DNA of 64,000 bases from Clostridia bacterium (GCA_017556745.1 JAFYMF010000057.1:3485-67484); one strand, 5' to 3'. Positions 20,319-30,369 are shown, numbered from the stretch's first letter. Notes: generated by a model not told the origin, from the letters alone. Program-made: numbers and translations.

Positions 20319-22709
20319 TTACTTAATTTGAACCACGGTAACACCTGTATCACCTTCACCGTATTCACCCGCTCTGAAGGAAATAACTCTCTTGTCTGCC
20401 TTAAAGAATTTCCACAGGGCAGATCGAAGTGCACCTGTTCCTTTTCCGTGAATTACACGGATATTTTCAAACCCTGCAATCTTAGCTTCATCGATATACT
20501 TATCGACCAAGACCCATGCATCCTCACCGTTCTCACCGCGAACGTCAATCTCGGATTTGAAATCACGATTAACCACTGCTCTGTAGCCACTGACAGGCAT
20601 TTTCTTTTTGTCTGCGGAAACAACTGTGGCTTCTTCATTCACAAGCTGAAGATCCTTAAGCTTAACTCTGGTTTTTATCAGTCCTGCTTTAACCTCAACG
20701 TTTCCGTCCTTGTCCGGAAGAGCCAAAACTGTACCGTGAGCACCTATAGAAACGAGGAGTACCTCGTCACCGACCTTCAATGCACGAGGAAGAACATATT
20801 TATCATTCTTGATAGTCTCTACCGGATCAAATTTAACACTGCTGGTCTTAAGATGAGTCTTTACGCTTCTGCGAGCATCCTCAAGCTCTTTTGCAAGGTT
20901 TTCTGATTCCTTTTTCTTTCTGACACGGTCAAGCTCAGCAAATACAAACTCACTTGAAGCTCTTGCCGCCTCAATCATGCTTGCGGCTTTCTCGCTTGCC
21001 TTCTGTTTTTCTACCTTTGCCTCGGCAAGTAATCGTTTTATTTCACGTTCGGTTTCTCTTTTGTACTTTTCAAAAACTTCTCTCTCTTCCTTTGCCGCCG
21101 TTGTTTCTTTTTCCATTTCAATACGGCTGGATTCAAGATTTGAGATAACAGACTCAAACTGTCTGTTTTCTTTACTGATGAGATCTCTTGCGCGACTTAT
21201 GATTTTATCGGGCATGCCAAGTTTTTCCGATATCTCAAAAGCATTTGACTTACCCGGGGTACCGATAATAAGTCGATAAGTTGGTCTGAGAGTATTAACA
21301 TCAAACTCACAGGACGCATTACATACTCCTTCTGTGTCAAGCGCGTAAGTTTTGAGTTCAGAATAGTGTGTTGTAGCGGCACAAAATGCCCCGCGTGCTC
21401 TTATCTCGTCAAGTATAGATACTGCCAATGCGGCACCCTCGACCGGGTCAGTACCTGAGCCAAGCTCATCTGCAAGCACAAGACAGTTATCCGATACACC
21501 GTCAAGAATTGATACTATATTCGTCATGTGTGACGAGAAGGTTGACAGTGACTGTTCAATACTCTGCTCATCTCCTATGTCAACGAAAATATCGTCAAAC
21601 ACAGTAAATTCAGATCCTGACTCAACAGGTACCTGAAGTCCCGCTTGTACCATAAGAGAAAGAAGCCCTATGGTCTTTAACGTTACTGTTTTACCACCTG
21701 TATTAGGTCCTGTTATAACAAGAGTTTTGTAGTCGAGACCAAGAGAAACATCAATAGGCACGACCGTCTTTTTATCGAGCAACGGATGACGCGCACGTCT
21801 GAGACGAAGATAACCGCCGCTTCTGACTGTAGGCTCGGATGCATCCATTTTGAATGACAACTCTCCACAGGCAAAAATAAAGGCAAGCTCGGTTATATTC
21901 TTGTAATTGAGAACAATATCTCTACCGAAAGAAGCACAACCTGCAGACAGATCACTGAGTATTCTGTCGATCTCATGCTGTTCTTTAGATGCAAGTACTC
22001 TGAGCTCATTGTTTGCCTCAACAACTGTCATGGGTTCAACGAATACAGTTGCACCGGTGGTTGATGTATCGTGTATAAGACCCTTAATTTCGTTTCTGTA
22101 CTCACTTTTAACCGGGATAACGTATCTGCCGTCACGCATGGTAACAATGTTCTCCCGAAGAAATTTTGAGTATTTGGGGCCGGATATATAGTTCTGAAGT
22201 GATTCTCTTATCTTGCTGTTTGTCTGTTTTATCTTTCTGCGGATGTCAGATAGCTCCGGACTTGCCTCATCGGCTATCATATCCTCTGCGATAATAGACC
22301 TTGTTATCTTGTCCTCGAGAAACTTATTTGCGATAAGTCGCATAAATATTTCGTCAAGAACCGTATCTTTTCTTTTATCTGTTTTAATGTAATCTATAAG
22401 TCCCCTTGTGGTTCTGAGAAGGTTCGCTATATCAAGCAACTCTCCCGGGGAAAGCACTGCCCCCTTATCGGCTCTGTCACAACATTCCTCTGGATCCTTT
22501 ACAAGTCCAAAGGAAGGGTGACCTTTTATACCAATAAGATATTTTGCATCTGCAGTTCTGTTCTGCGTCTCCCTAACCCTATGTTCAGACGATGAGGGTT
22601 CGAGAGTACGTGCAAGTTCCTTTGCACCTGTAGTCAAAGCACAACCTGCGAGCAACTCTCTTATTTTATCAAACTCAAGAGTTTTTATGGTTTTATCTAT
22701 TTGTTTCAT
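20319..22709 (-). CDS. mutS2: endonuclease MutS2
   Basis: 796 aa with MutS ATPase Walker A GPNTGGKT, a coiled-coil segment and a C-terminal Smr domain (IDVRGENGEDA...VIHGKGTGALR). Confidence 0.95.
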   Translation of the reverse strand: MKQIDKTIKTLEFDKIRELLAGCALTTGAKELARTLEPSSSEHRVRETQNRTADAKYLIGIKGHPSFGLVKDPEECCDRADKGAVLSPGELLDIANLLRTTRGLIDYIKTDKRKDTVLDEIFMRLIANKFLEDKITRSIIAEDMIADEASPELSDIRRKIKQTNSKIRESLQNYISGPKYSKFLRENIVTMRDGRYVIPVKSEYRNEIKGLIHDTSTTGATVFVEPMTVVEANNELRVLASKEQHEIDRILSDLSAGCASFGRDIVLNYKNITELAFIFACGELSFKMDASEPTVRSGGYLRLRRARHPLLDKKTVVPIDVSLGLDYKTLVITGPNTGGKTVTLKTIGLLSLMVQAGLQVPVESGSEFTVFDDIFVDIGDEQSIEQSLSTFSSHMTNIVSILDGVSDNCLVLADELGSGTDPVEGAALAVSILDEIRARGAFCAATTHYSELKTYALDTEGVCNASCEFDVNTLRPTYRLIIGTPGKSNAFEISEKLGMPDKIISRARDLISKENRQFESVISNLESSRIEMEKETTAAKEEREVFEKYKRETEREIKRLLAEAKVEKQKASEKAASMIEAARASSEFVFAELDRVRKKKESENLAKELEDARRSVKTHLKTSSVKFDPVETIKNDKYVLPRALKVGDEVLLVSIGAHGTVLALPDKDGNVEVKAGLIKTRVKLKDLQLVNEEATVVSADKKKMPVSGYRAVVNRDFKSEIDVRGENGEDAWVLVDKYIDEAKIAGFENIRVIHGKGTGALRSALWKFFKADKRVISFRAGEYGEGDTGVTVVQIK

Positions 22710-22724
22710 TGTTTCTCCGAATTA

Positions 22725-23546
22725 TTATTCAGTCATTGATTTATAAAAATCAAGGGTAGAAAATCCGCGACCTAAGTGGTGAAGTAAATATTTCTCACAT
22801 ACCTCCGAAAATATCTCCAACGACTCCTTTTCAAGTTTGAATGAAAAAAGCCTCTCTCCTTTAGCGGTAACCACATATTTAAGTGCCGAAAGCACATCTG
22901 GAGTTATATCAAACCGTATCACCGGCTCGAGAGATTCATAACTGTCTGGGGAATCGTCACGAATAAGATAAACATCAGCGGCAAAACGCTGTCTGCACTT
23001 TTCACATATAACTCCACCGTTCATTACGTCGAAAACTGTCTTTGAGTTAAGTTCCCCCATGCAGGAAGAACACTCGAAAAGATCCGGCATGAACCCAAAA
23101 ACCGATGCTACTCTCATCTCGAACGCAGCCTTGATAAGCTTTCTATCCGCAAGCTCGTTGGATATAGCATAAAGAGTATTAAGTACAAGTCTCTCTACAA
23201 TCGGAATGTCCTCATCAACACAAGCAAAATCTTCTGCAATGCTACAGATATAAGCCGCAAGTGCATATTTCTCTATGTCTGACCTGAGACCGTAAAAGTT
23301 TTCAATAAGATCGGATTCTCTCAGCCAGTAAAAATCACCCTTTTTATAAAGCACAAAATTACTGTAGCAAAAAAGCTGAGCAGAGGAGATATTAGGATTT
23401 TTTACTGACCTAATACCCTTGGCACTGACAGTTATCACACCGAGGTCATGAGTCAACACTGTAAGCAACTTGTCCTTCTCCCCAACAGCCACTTCCCTGA
23501 GCACTGTGCCCTTTGTAGTTTCAAGCAGAAAGACACGCCTCCCCAC
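22725..23546 (-). CDS. recO: DNA repair protein RecO
   Basis: 273 aa with an OB-fold N-terminus and a CSSC...CEKC zinc motif. Lies directly downstream of era, as is usual. Confidence 0.85.
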   Translation of the reverse strand: MGRRVFLLETTKGTVLREVAVGEKDKLLTVLTHDLGVITVSAKGIRSVKNPNISSAQLFCYSNFVLYKKGDFYWLRESDLIENFYGLRSDIEKYALAAYICSIAEDFACVDEDIPIVERLVLNTLYAISNELADRKLIKAAFEMRVASVFGFMPDLFECSSCMGELNSKTVFDVMNGGVICEKCRQRFAADVYLIRDDSPDSYESLEPVIRFDITPDVLSALKYVVTAKGERLFSFKLEKESLEIFSEVCEKYLLHHLGRGFSTLDFYKSMTE

Positions 23547-23562
23547 CAGTTTAAGTAATTAT

Positions 23563-24447
23563 TCAGTCGTTGTTATAGCCGAAATTCGAAATAGTAATCT
23601 CGTTATCTCTCCAATTTGCCTTAACCTTAACCCAAAGATTAAGATAAACTTTTACCCCGAAGAACTTTTCAAGATCTTCGCGCGCGTAAGTACCAACAAG
23701 CTTGAGAGCCGCACCGTTCTTGCCAACGATAATGCCCTTGTGAGATTCCTTCTCACAGTAGATCTCCGCTCTGATCTTAATCATTCTGCCAAGATCCTCA
23801 AAGCCCTCGATAACAACCGCAGTACCGTGCGGTATTTCCTTATCAAGGGTACGGAGAAGTTTTTCTCTGATAACCTCAGATGCGAACTGTCTCTCAGGCT
23901 GATCGGTAATCATATCCTCAGGGAAGAACCAGTCACTCTCAGAGAGAAGCTTTGATGCCTCATCAAGAACGATAGATACGCCGTCCTGCTTCTTTGCAGA
24001 AATCGGCACAAAAGCATTAAAATCGTATGCATCAGAGTAGGTTTTTATAGTCTCTGCAATCTTCTCGGGTGAAGAAAGATCGGTTTTGTTTATAACAAGT
24101 ATCGCAGGGAGAGACTTGTTTTTTATCTGTTCGATAACGTTTTCCTCTACCTGACTCATAGGCTTACCCGCCTCAACTATAAGAATAACCGCGTCAGAGT
24201 CACCCATTGTACCGGTTGCGGTCTTTACCATGAAGTCACCAAGCTTGGTCTGAGGACGATGAATACCGGGAGTATCAAGGAATACAAACTGATCCTCTCC
24301 GCGGGTAAGTATACCTGTTATTCTATTTCTTGTGGTCTGCGGTTTTTTTGAAACGATCGCTATCTTCTCGCCAAGCATAGCATTGAGGAGAGTGGACTTA
24401 CCAACATTAGGTCGACCGACTATTGCTATAAAAGCTGTTCTTTTCAT
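23563..24447 (-). CDS. era: GTPase Era
   Basis: 294 aa with G1 GRPNVGKST, G3 DTPG, G4 NKTD and a C-terminal KH domain. Confidence 0.95.
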   Translation of the reverse strand: MKRTAFIAIVGRPNVGKSTLLNAMLGEKIAIVSKKPQTTRNRITGILTRGEDQFVFLDTPGIHRPQTKLGDFMVKTATGTMGDSDAVILIVEAGKPMSQVEENVIEQIKNKSLPAILVINKTDLSSPEKIAETIKTYSDAYDFNAFVPISAKKQDGVSIVLDEASKLLSESDWFFPEDMITDQPERQFASEVIREKLLRTLDKEIPHGTAVVIEGFEDLGRMIKIRAEIYCEKESHKGIIVGKNGAALKLVGTYAREDLEKFFGVKVYLNLWVKVKANWRDNEITISNFGYNND

Positions 24448-24464
24448 ATCTTTTTCCGTCCTGA

Positions 24465-24932
24465 TTATTTCTTTACTGAAAGACCCATGCGGTCCATTAC
24501 TGCGTTCTGTCTCTTGCGCATTATTTTGTCGTCCTCATCTGACAACTCATGATCATAACCGAGAAGATGAAGCATTGAGTGTGCGGTGAGAAATGCAATT
24601 TCTCTCTCTACGCTGTGCCCAAATTCCTCAGCCTGGCGACGTGCATGCTCGAGCGATATAACTATATCACCAAGTGCAACATCATCCTGTGCAACACCTC
24701 GACCAAAGTCATTGAGCGGAAACGACAAAACATCTGTAGCACTGTCTATATCTCTAAACTGTTTATTTAACTTTCTGATATATTCATCGTCACAGAAAGT
24801 AACGGAAACCTCAGCATCTCCGTAATATCCCTCTGTAAGTAACGTAGTACGTACCGCTCCCCTTACAAGAATCAGAGTACTGTAACCTACCTTTTCATCT
24901 TTGATCTTGTTTGAAAAATAAATATTAAGCAT
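24465..24932 (-). CDS. ybeY: rRNA maturation endoribonuclease YbeY
   Basis: 155 aa with zinc motif HSMLHLLGYDH. Confidence 0.9.
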   Translation of the reverse strand: MLNIYFSNKIKDEKVGYSTLILVRGAVRTTLLTEGYYGDAEVSVTFCDDEYIRKLNKQFRDIDSATDVLSFPLNDFGRGVAQDDVALGDIVISLEHARRQAEEFGHSVEREIAFLTAHSMLHLLGYDHELSDEDDKIMRKRQNAVMDRMGLSVKK

Positions 24933-25950
24933 CGTGTTTTCCGTCCTTTTTCTTTACTGTAAACTTCTTTGAAGCCTGATCTCTCTCATATTTTTCATAC
25001 GCCATTATAATCTTCCTTACAAGTTTATGACGGACAACGTCAAGCTCTGTAAAGTGGTGAATGGCGATATCATCTACTTTATCAAGTATCTTTACCGCGG
25101 TAAGGAGACCACTCTTCTTTCCGAAAGGAAGGTCGGTCTGTGTAAGGTCACCGGTAACCACAGCCTTTGAATTAAAGCCAAGACGAGTGAGGAACATCTT
25201 CATCTGCTCAGAGGTAGTATTCTGCGCCTCATCAAGAATTATAAATGAATCGTCAAGAGTACGTCCTCTCATATAAGCAAGAGGTGCTATCTCAATCGTG
25301 TTTTTTTCAAGATATCTCGCGTATACTTCAGGTCCAAGCAATTCATACAAAGCATCGTAAAGCGGTCTGAGATATGGATCTATCTTATCCTGAAGATCGC
25401 CAGGAAGAAATCCTAGCTTCTCGCCTGCTTCCACCGCAGGACGGGTAAGGATTATTCGGCTGACCTCTTTTGCCCGAAGCGCCTTAACTGCCATAGCAAC
25501 AGCAAGAAAAGTCTTACCTGTTCCGGCAGGCCCTACACCGAGAGTGATCGTATTATTCTTTATTTCTTCAACATACTTCTTCTGTCCGACAGTCTTAGCT
25601 TTTATTGCCTTTCCTCTTGCGGTAAGACATACGCAATCGTCAGTAAGCCCGGAAAGCTCAGACTCTCTGTCCCCCTGGACCATCTGAATTACATAGTCAA
25701 CACTCTGCTCTGTAAGAGACTCACTGAGTTTCGACATCTTCTTAAGAGTTTCAATTGCTCTCACCGCCTTGTCCACAGAGGTACCGTCATCACCGCTAAC
25801 ACTTATCGTGTCGCCTATACCGTCATCAGTTCCTCTGTTCCTCACCGACACAGAAAAAATCTCTTCAAGTTTTCCAAGGTGAGTGTCAAACGCACCGAAT
25901 ATATTTGCTGTCTGTTCACTTGATTCAGTTTTAACTGTTTTTTCCGTCAT
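24925..25950 (-). CDS. phoH: PhoH family ATPase
   Basis: 341 aa with Walker A GPAGTGKT and a PhoH-like C-terminal domain. Sits in the phoH-ybeY-era order. Confidence 0.9.
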   Translation of the reverse strand: MTEKTVKTESSEQTANIFGAFDTHLGKLEEIFSVSVRNRGTDDGIGDTISVSGDDGTSVDKAVRAIETLKKMSKLSESLTEQSVDYVIQMVQGDRESELSGLTDDCVCLTARGKAIKAKTVGQKKYVEEIKNNTITLGVGPAGTGKTFLAVAMAVKALRAKEVSRIILTRPAVEAGEKLGFLPGDLQDKIDPYLRPLYDALYELLGPEVYARYLEKNTIEIAPLAYMRGRTLDDSFIILDEAQNTTSEQMKMFLTRLGFNSKAVVTGDLTQTDLPFGKKSGLLTAVKILDKVDDIAIHHFTELDVVRHKLVRKIIMAYEKYERDQASKKFTVKKKDGKHDA

Positions 25951-25968
25951 ATATTTTATTTACCCCAC

Positions 25969-27138
25969 TTAAGATATAGGTAACTTCTCTGCTATGTTAC
26001 AAAGATAGTAAAGATCGCATTCTATAACGCAGGAAAGCTCGGTAAACACAACGGTTTGATTCCTTGATAAAAGCTCTCCATCAGTCAGTAATTCACAGAC
26101 ACGCGAGTTAACCGTTTCTATAGCTTTTTCAAGTGCCTCTCTTTGTGTATAATTCACGGTACAGAATTCGTATTCACGATAACTTACTGTCTCTATACCG
26201 ATAGGAAGCACCGTTCCATCCCACGTATGTATATTTTTCCTACTTATCATTATATCATACTTATCCATAGAAATTCTACTGTTTAGATAAAGATTTACAT
26301 TTTTTCCGAAAAAAATAAAAGTATTTTTTTCTTTTTTGTTTCCGGTATATATTTTTTCAGTGCTTTCGAATGGTATCTCCACTGTGATTTTCTCGTTTAC
26401 TCTTGCAATCACTTTGCCGTCTGCCGCTATTTTTCTAAGCCCGTATGCATTTCCGTCTGTTATCCCGCTTATAAGCAGCTCTCCCTTTCTAACACTTTCA
26501 GACACCGATACCGTAGCCGTTCCGTCGTATACCTCAATACTCTCGATCTGTCCATCTCGTGATGCAACTATATTTACCGGATTACCGTCAATTCCATCCT
26601 GTTTTTTTCTTTCTATCAACTCAGTATTTATAACACTCCCTACCCTGTTTATAGATAACCAAGCAATTCTACCGTCCTCAGCTACTATGCGGTGTTGAAT
26701 ATTTTCAACGTCTATTCCCGGAATATAACTACCTACGCCGACACCAAACTCATCAAGTAATTCAAGTATCTCTGAATCTGTCATCTTATCATTACCTGTA
26801 ACATCAATGCGCCACACAAATTGAGTTGAAGAGATAAGTACAGCAAGGGAAAGTACTATTCCAACATAAATACCGTACCGCCTACGGTACTTGATAAAAA
26901 AAGCAGGAAGACCTGTAAATTTCTGTGTCTCTATTTGGACATTCATCCCTCGTAGTACCGACTCAAGCTCATCGGCCTCATTTGCGTATATAATAAATTC
27001 TGCAGAATTATCATCAAGTCTGGTCAGTTTTTTCGGATTAACACCGCTTTTTATTATTTTGCTTATCACTCTTTCAACAAAAAGTGATGTTATCCTTATT
27101 TTCTTTTTTCCAAGAAAGAAATATAAAAAAAACAGCAT
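25969..27138 (-). CDS. yqfD: sporulation protein YqfD
   Basis: 389 aa with a single TM (YVGIVLSLAVLISS). Its position between yqfC and phoH matches the Bacillus/Clostridium yqfC-yqfD-phoH arrangement. Confidence 0.75.
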   Translation of the reverse strand: MLFFLYFFLGKKKIRITSLFVERVISKIIKSGVNPKKLTRLDDNSAEFIIYANEADELESVLRGMNVQIETQKFTGLPAFFIKYRRRYGIYVGIVLSLAVLISSTQFVWRIDVTGNDKMTDSEILELLDEFGVGVGSYIPGIDVENIQHRIVAEDGRIAWLSINRVGSVINTELIERKKQDGIDGNPVNIVASRDGQIESIEVYDGTATVSVSESVRKGELLISGITDGNAYGLRKIAADGKVIARVNEKITVEIPFESTEKIYTGNKKEKNTFIFFGKNVNLYLNSRISMDKYDIMISRKNIHTWDGTVLPIGIETVSYREYEFCTVNYTQREALEKAIETVNSRVCELLTDGELLSRNQTVVFTELSCVIECDLYYLCNIAEKLPIS

Positions 27139-27473
27139 TATCTACCCCTCCCATTTGTTCCACAGTAATTTTCAAAATTCACAGAAATTATACTTCCCTC
27201 CACCGTAACCCGCCCCTCACCGTATTTAGATAGAGACATATTCTCTCCGCAGATATGTATTTGTCCGTCGCACAACTCAAGTTGTATACAGTCCCTGTCA
27301 TATTCATTTACCCCTATACATCCGTCCACCGCTATCTTCCTTGTTCCGCACATTTCTATGCGAGATTCAAGTCCTATAGATACGGGAGGGATATCAACTG
27401 CAGTCATCAATTTTTTAACAGCACTTCGGATACCGCTGTTGTGTTTACTTTTCTCTCTGTTAATCTTCTTCAT
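27138..27473 (-). CDS. yqfC: YabP/YqfC family sporulation protein YqfC
   Basis: 111 aa with a YabP-like beta-rich pattern (IEMCGTRKIAVDGCIGVNEYD...LSKYGEGRVTVEG). Its stop overlaps the yqfD start. Confidence 0.7.
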   Translation of the reverse strand: MKKINREKSKHNSGIRSAVKKLMTAVDIPPVSIGLESRIEMCGTRKIAVDGCIGVNEYDRDCIQLELCDGQIHICGENMSLSKYGEGRVTVEGSIISVNFENYCGTNGRGR

Positions 27474-27534
27474 ACCGTAATATCATCTCTCTGAAAATAA
27501 TATAATTGACCGTAAGATCACTTTATTTTTATGC

Positions 27535-28641
27535 GTGGTGATAGTTATTAATTCAAAGAAATCTATGGGGTTTACTGTATTCCTTGCGACTCTAATGTTT
27601 ATTATTGCTTTATCTCGTCCAAGCAGTACAGTTATATACATAAGAGAAGCCCTGGATATATGCGGAAGTGCAGTTATCCCGGCACTTTTCCCTTTTACTG
27701 TATTGACAGGAATAATCACATCAAATATTTCAACCCAAAGCGGGGGAATACTTTTTTCTCTGATTTCAAAGATATTTAAAATAAGCACTGTTTCAGTTAG
27801 TGCTTTACTTCTCGGTATGGTATGCGGATTCCCGATAGGAGGAAAAATTGCAGTAGATCTTTATAAGAAAAACCTAATCTCACAAGAAGAGGCTGAAAGA
27901 CTTATAGCCTTCACCAATAACACAGGGCCGGCATTTTCTATTGGTGTGGTAGGGTGTGTTATATTCGGAAATATATCTCTGGGTGTACTTATATATTCTA
28001 CTCAAATAATAACATCTCTTGTCGCAGGGTTTATACTTGGATATAAGAAAAAAATGCCTCATAAATTATTCACGGAAAACTCCGCCTCAAAAACAGCTAT
28101 CTCAAAAAACATAAGCGATGCATCATCAGCGGTACTTTCAGTATGCGGATTTGTGATTTTCTTTTATTTTACCGTTCAATGTATCGGTGACATAATACCG
28201 TTTCCAATTTTCAAGATTATAACAGCAGCTCTCCTTGAAGTTTCGTGTGGCGCAAGTGAAGCGGCTGGAATTGCTGACCCCTGTGTTGCCTCAGCTTTAG
28301 CTGCTTTTTCGGTAGGATGGTCGGGTTTATCCGTTCATATGCAGCTGAGCAGTTTCCTTATAGGAACAGACCTATCAATGAAAAAATACTATTTGACGAA
28401 GTTTATTTGCGGATTAGTAAACTTCATTATCGTTTTTCTTTTTGTTAAGTTAAACTGTTTCTCTATAAAACAAGAAACGGATTATCAGGTATTTGTTTTT
28501 ACAGCAGTCAGAAATGGCCCTATACTAGTTACGGCTGTTGTGATCATATGTATATTATCTTTTATTCTTGCACAACTTGAAAAGAAAAAAAATATATGTT
28601 ATAATACGGACATTGGAATAAGAAAGGGTGTACAAAAGTGA
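27535..28641 (+). CDS. ylbJ: sporulation integral membrane protein YlbJ-like (nucleoside-recognition/Gate domain)
   Basis: 368 aa polytopic membrane protein that resembles B. subtilis YlbJ as I recall it (ALFPF...GFPIGGK...EAERLIAFTNNTGPAF). The start is uncertain: GTG at 27535 or ATG at 27565, neither with a good SD. Confidence 0.65.
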   Translation: MVIVINSKKSMGFTVFLATLMFIIALSRPSSTVIYIREALDICGSAVIPALFPFTVLTGIITSNISTQSGGILFSLISKIFKISTVSVSALLLGMVCGFPIGGKIAVDLYKKNLISQEEAERLIAFTNNTGPAFSIGVVGCVIFGNISLGVLIYSTQIITSLVAGFILGYKKKMPHKLFTENSASKTAISKNISDASSAVLSVCGFVIFFYFTVQCIGDIIPFPIFKIITAALLEVSCGASEAAGIADPCVASALAAFSVGWSGLSVHMQLSSFLIGTDLSMKKYYLTKFICGLVNFIIVFLFVKLNCFSIKQETDYQVFVFTAVRNGPILVTAVVIICILSFILAQLEKKKNICYNTDIGIRKGVQK

Positions 28642-28883
28642 AAAAGCAAAGAAGCGTATGCGAAACTGAAAAGTTTTGCGCATTTTGTGAACATTCGTCT
28701 CATCTAATAACCGAAAGTGAATTTTTATGCTCATATAGAGGTGTTGTAGGGGCTCGCTTCTACTGCAGAAAGTTTGTATATGATCCCCTAAAAAGAATAC
28801 CGAAAAGGAAAAACAGTAGTAGAGAAGAATTTGAACCAATTGATATTAATGCACCGGAATTACCGGCACTTTCTGAGGATTAA
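28638..28883 (+). CDS. small Cys-rich hypothetical protein (possible zinc-ribbon)
   Basis: 81 aa. Its GTG start overlaps the ylbJ TGA stop (GTGA), with an AAAGGG SD about 10 nt upstream. Contains five Cys (C8, C14, C17, C31, C43) and a YDPLKR motif. Followed by a clean terminator. Confidence 0.5.
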   Translation: MKKQRSVCETEKFCAFCEHSSHLITESEFLCSYRGVVGARFYCRKFVYDPLKRIPKRKNSSREEFEPIDINAPELPALSED

Positions 28884-28902
28884 AAACAACTTATTAAAAT
28901 TT

Positions 28903-28931
28903 AAACGGTAACCGATTGGTTACCGTTTTTT
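28903..28931 (+). terminator. rho-independent terminator after the ylbJ/small-protein unit
   Basis: Stem aaACGGTAACC (28903-28913) pairs with GGTTACCGTtt (28918-28928) across loop GATT, followed by a T-run. Confidence 0.8.
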
Positions 28932-29014
28932 ACTTTATAATCTTCTATTCACAATACGACAGGATATAACATAAACTATAACAGGGTAATTTTCAAAGGA
29001 AAGAAGGGACTGAA

Positions 29015-29233
29015 ATGAAACGATGTGTCGTAGCCGTAAGTTCTGTAACCGATGCCATAAGGATTGAACGATTACTTGATAATAATAGTATCAAAACCGA
29101 ACTACAGAAGCTGGATCCTTCTTTGACAGAAAAAGGCTGTACATACGGCATAGAAATACCCTGCTCTCGAACAACCACAACAAATAAGGTACTGCAACAC
29201 ACTGACATAAATTATAAAATACTGGTAATTTAA
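29015..29233 (+). CDS. DUF3343-like putative S/Se carrier protein
   Basis: 72 aa with the layout typical of DUF3343 (short beta-alpha unit with a conserved Cys: ...SVTDAIRIERLL...KGCTYGIEIP). It lies 11 nt upstream of a class V desulfurase, which is the usual partner. Confidence 0.55.
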   Translation: MKRCVVAVSSVTDAIRIERLLDNNSIKTELQKLDPSLTEKGCTYGIEIPCSRTTTTNKVLQHTDINYKILVI

Positions 29234-29244
29234 GGATTGATCTT

Positions 29245-30369
29245 TTGATTTATTTTGACAATGCCGCAACAAGTTTTCCAAAGCCAAATACGGTATATTC
29301 CGAAATCAGACGGTGCTTGAGTAAATATTGTGGAAATCCCGGAAGAAGTGACCATAAATTATCACTTGATGCAGCAAGAAAAATATACAGTTGCAGAGAA
29401 AACATTTCCTCACTTTATAATTTTTCAAACCCTGATGCAATAACATTTACATATAATGCCACTTACGCACTTAATTTAGCTATCAAGGCTCGTGTAAAAA
29501 AGGGAGACCACATTCTTATCAGTGATATAGAACATAATGCCGTCCTTCGCCCCATACACAAGCTTGCAGCAGACGGTTTTATCACATTTGATATATACAA
29601 AAGCGGTAGTGATAAAGAAGTTATATCATCGATAAATAGACTAAAAAAAGTTAATACTTCGATGATAATAGCAAATCATTATTCAAACATCACATCTATT
29701 GTTCTTCCGATTGATGCTATTGCCGATTATGCTCATACCCATGAAATCAAGCTAATCTGTGATGCATCTCAAAGCTCAGGGGTATATCCTTATCAACTTG
29801 ATAAAAGCGGAATTTCCGCTCTATGCGCCCCGGCACATAAGGGACTGTATGGCATACAGGGTGTAGGCTTTATTATAAACTGTGACGGTGTGGTAGGAGA
29901 TACAGTCATAGAAGGTGGCGGCGGTAATAACTCATCTGATAGAACTATGCCCGCCTTTCTTCCGGATATTTATGAGGCAGGAACTGCAAACACACCCGGT
30001 ATAGCTGCACTTGATACTGCAGTTGACTTTATAAAAAAAATCACAGTAGATGAAATAAGTTACAGGGAAAACTTACTGAAAAAACGCTTTGCAGAAGGTC
30101 TCGCGAGTATAAAAAACATATATATACTCGGGAATCCGGATGGTAATGGAGGAACAATATCTTTTTGCCACAAAAATCACACACCGGCAGATATGGGACA
30201 CTATCTTTCCCAAAATAACATATGTGTAAGAAGCGGATATCACTGTTCTCCACTGGCACATAAAACTATCGGGAGTGGAGAGGGTGGTACCGTTCGTGCC
30301 AGCTTCGGTTATTTTAATACCGATAAAGAAATAGATAGAGTACTTTCAATTCTTGACAATTTTACATAG
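29245..30369 (+). CDS. class V aminotransferase-fold cysteine desulfurase / selenocysteine-lyase-like protein
   Basis: 374 aa with a TTG start and N-terminus IYFDNAATSFPKP. Has the PLP-lysine motif APAHKGLYGIQGVG and the catalytic-Cys motif RSGYHCSPLAH (SufS/CsdA-like RxGHHC). Confidence 0.85.
   Translation: MIYFDNAATSFPKPNTVYSEIRRCLSKYCGNPGRSDHKLSLDAARKIYSCRENISSLYNFSNPDAITFTYNATYALNLAIKARVKKGDHILISDIEHNAVLRPIHKLAADGFITFDIYKSGSDKEVISSINRLKKVNTSMIIANHYSNITSIVLPIDAIADYAHTHEIKLICDASQSSGVYPYQLDKSGISALCAPAHKGLYGIQGVGFIINCDGVVGDTVIEGGGGNNSSDRTMPAFLPDIYEAGTANTPGIAALDTAVDFIKKITVDEISYRENLLKKRFAEGLASIKNIYILGNPDGNGGTISFCHKNHTPADMGHYLSQNNICVRSGYHCSPLAHKTIGSGEGGTVRASFGYFNTDKEIDRVLSILDNFT

Noticed and set aside
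19553-20906. Two long plus-strand ORFs (227 aa at 19553..20236 and 250 aa at 20154..20906)
   Set aside because: Both are antisense to the TIM-barrel isomerase and mutS2 genes. They are Cys/Phe/Asn-rich nonsense-like sequences with no translation signals. The same reasoning applies to the antisense ORFs at 7050..7700, 17059..17730, 37161..37775, 38774..39364, 42562..43239 and 62705..63322.
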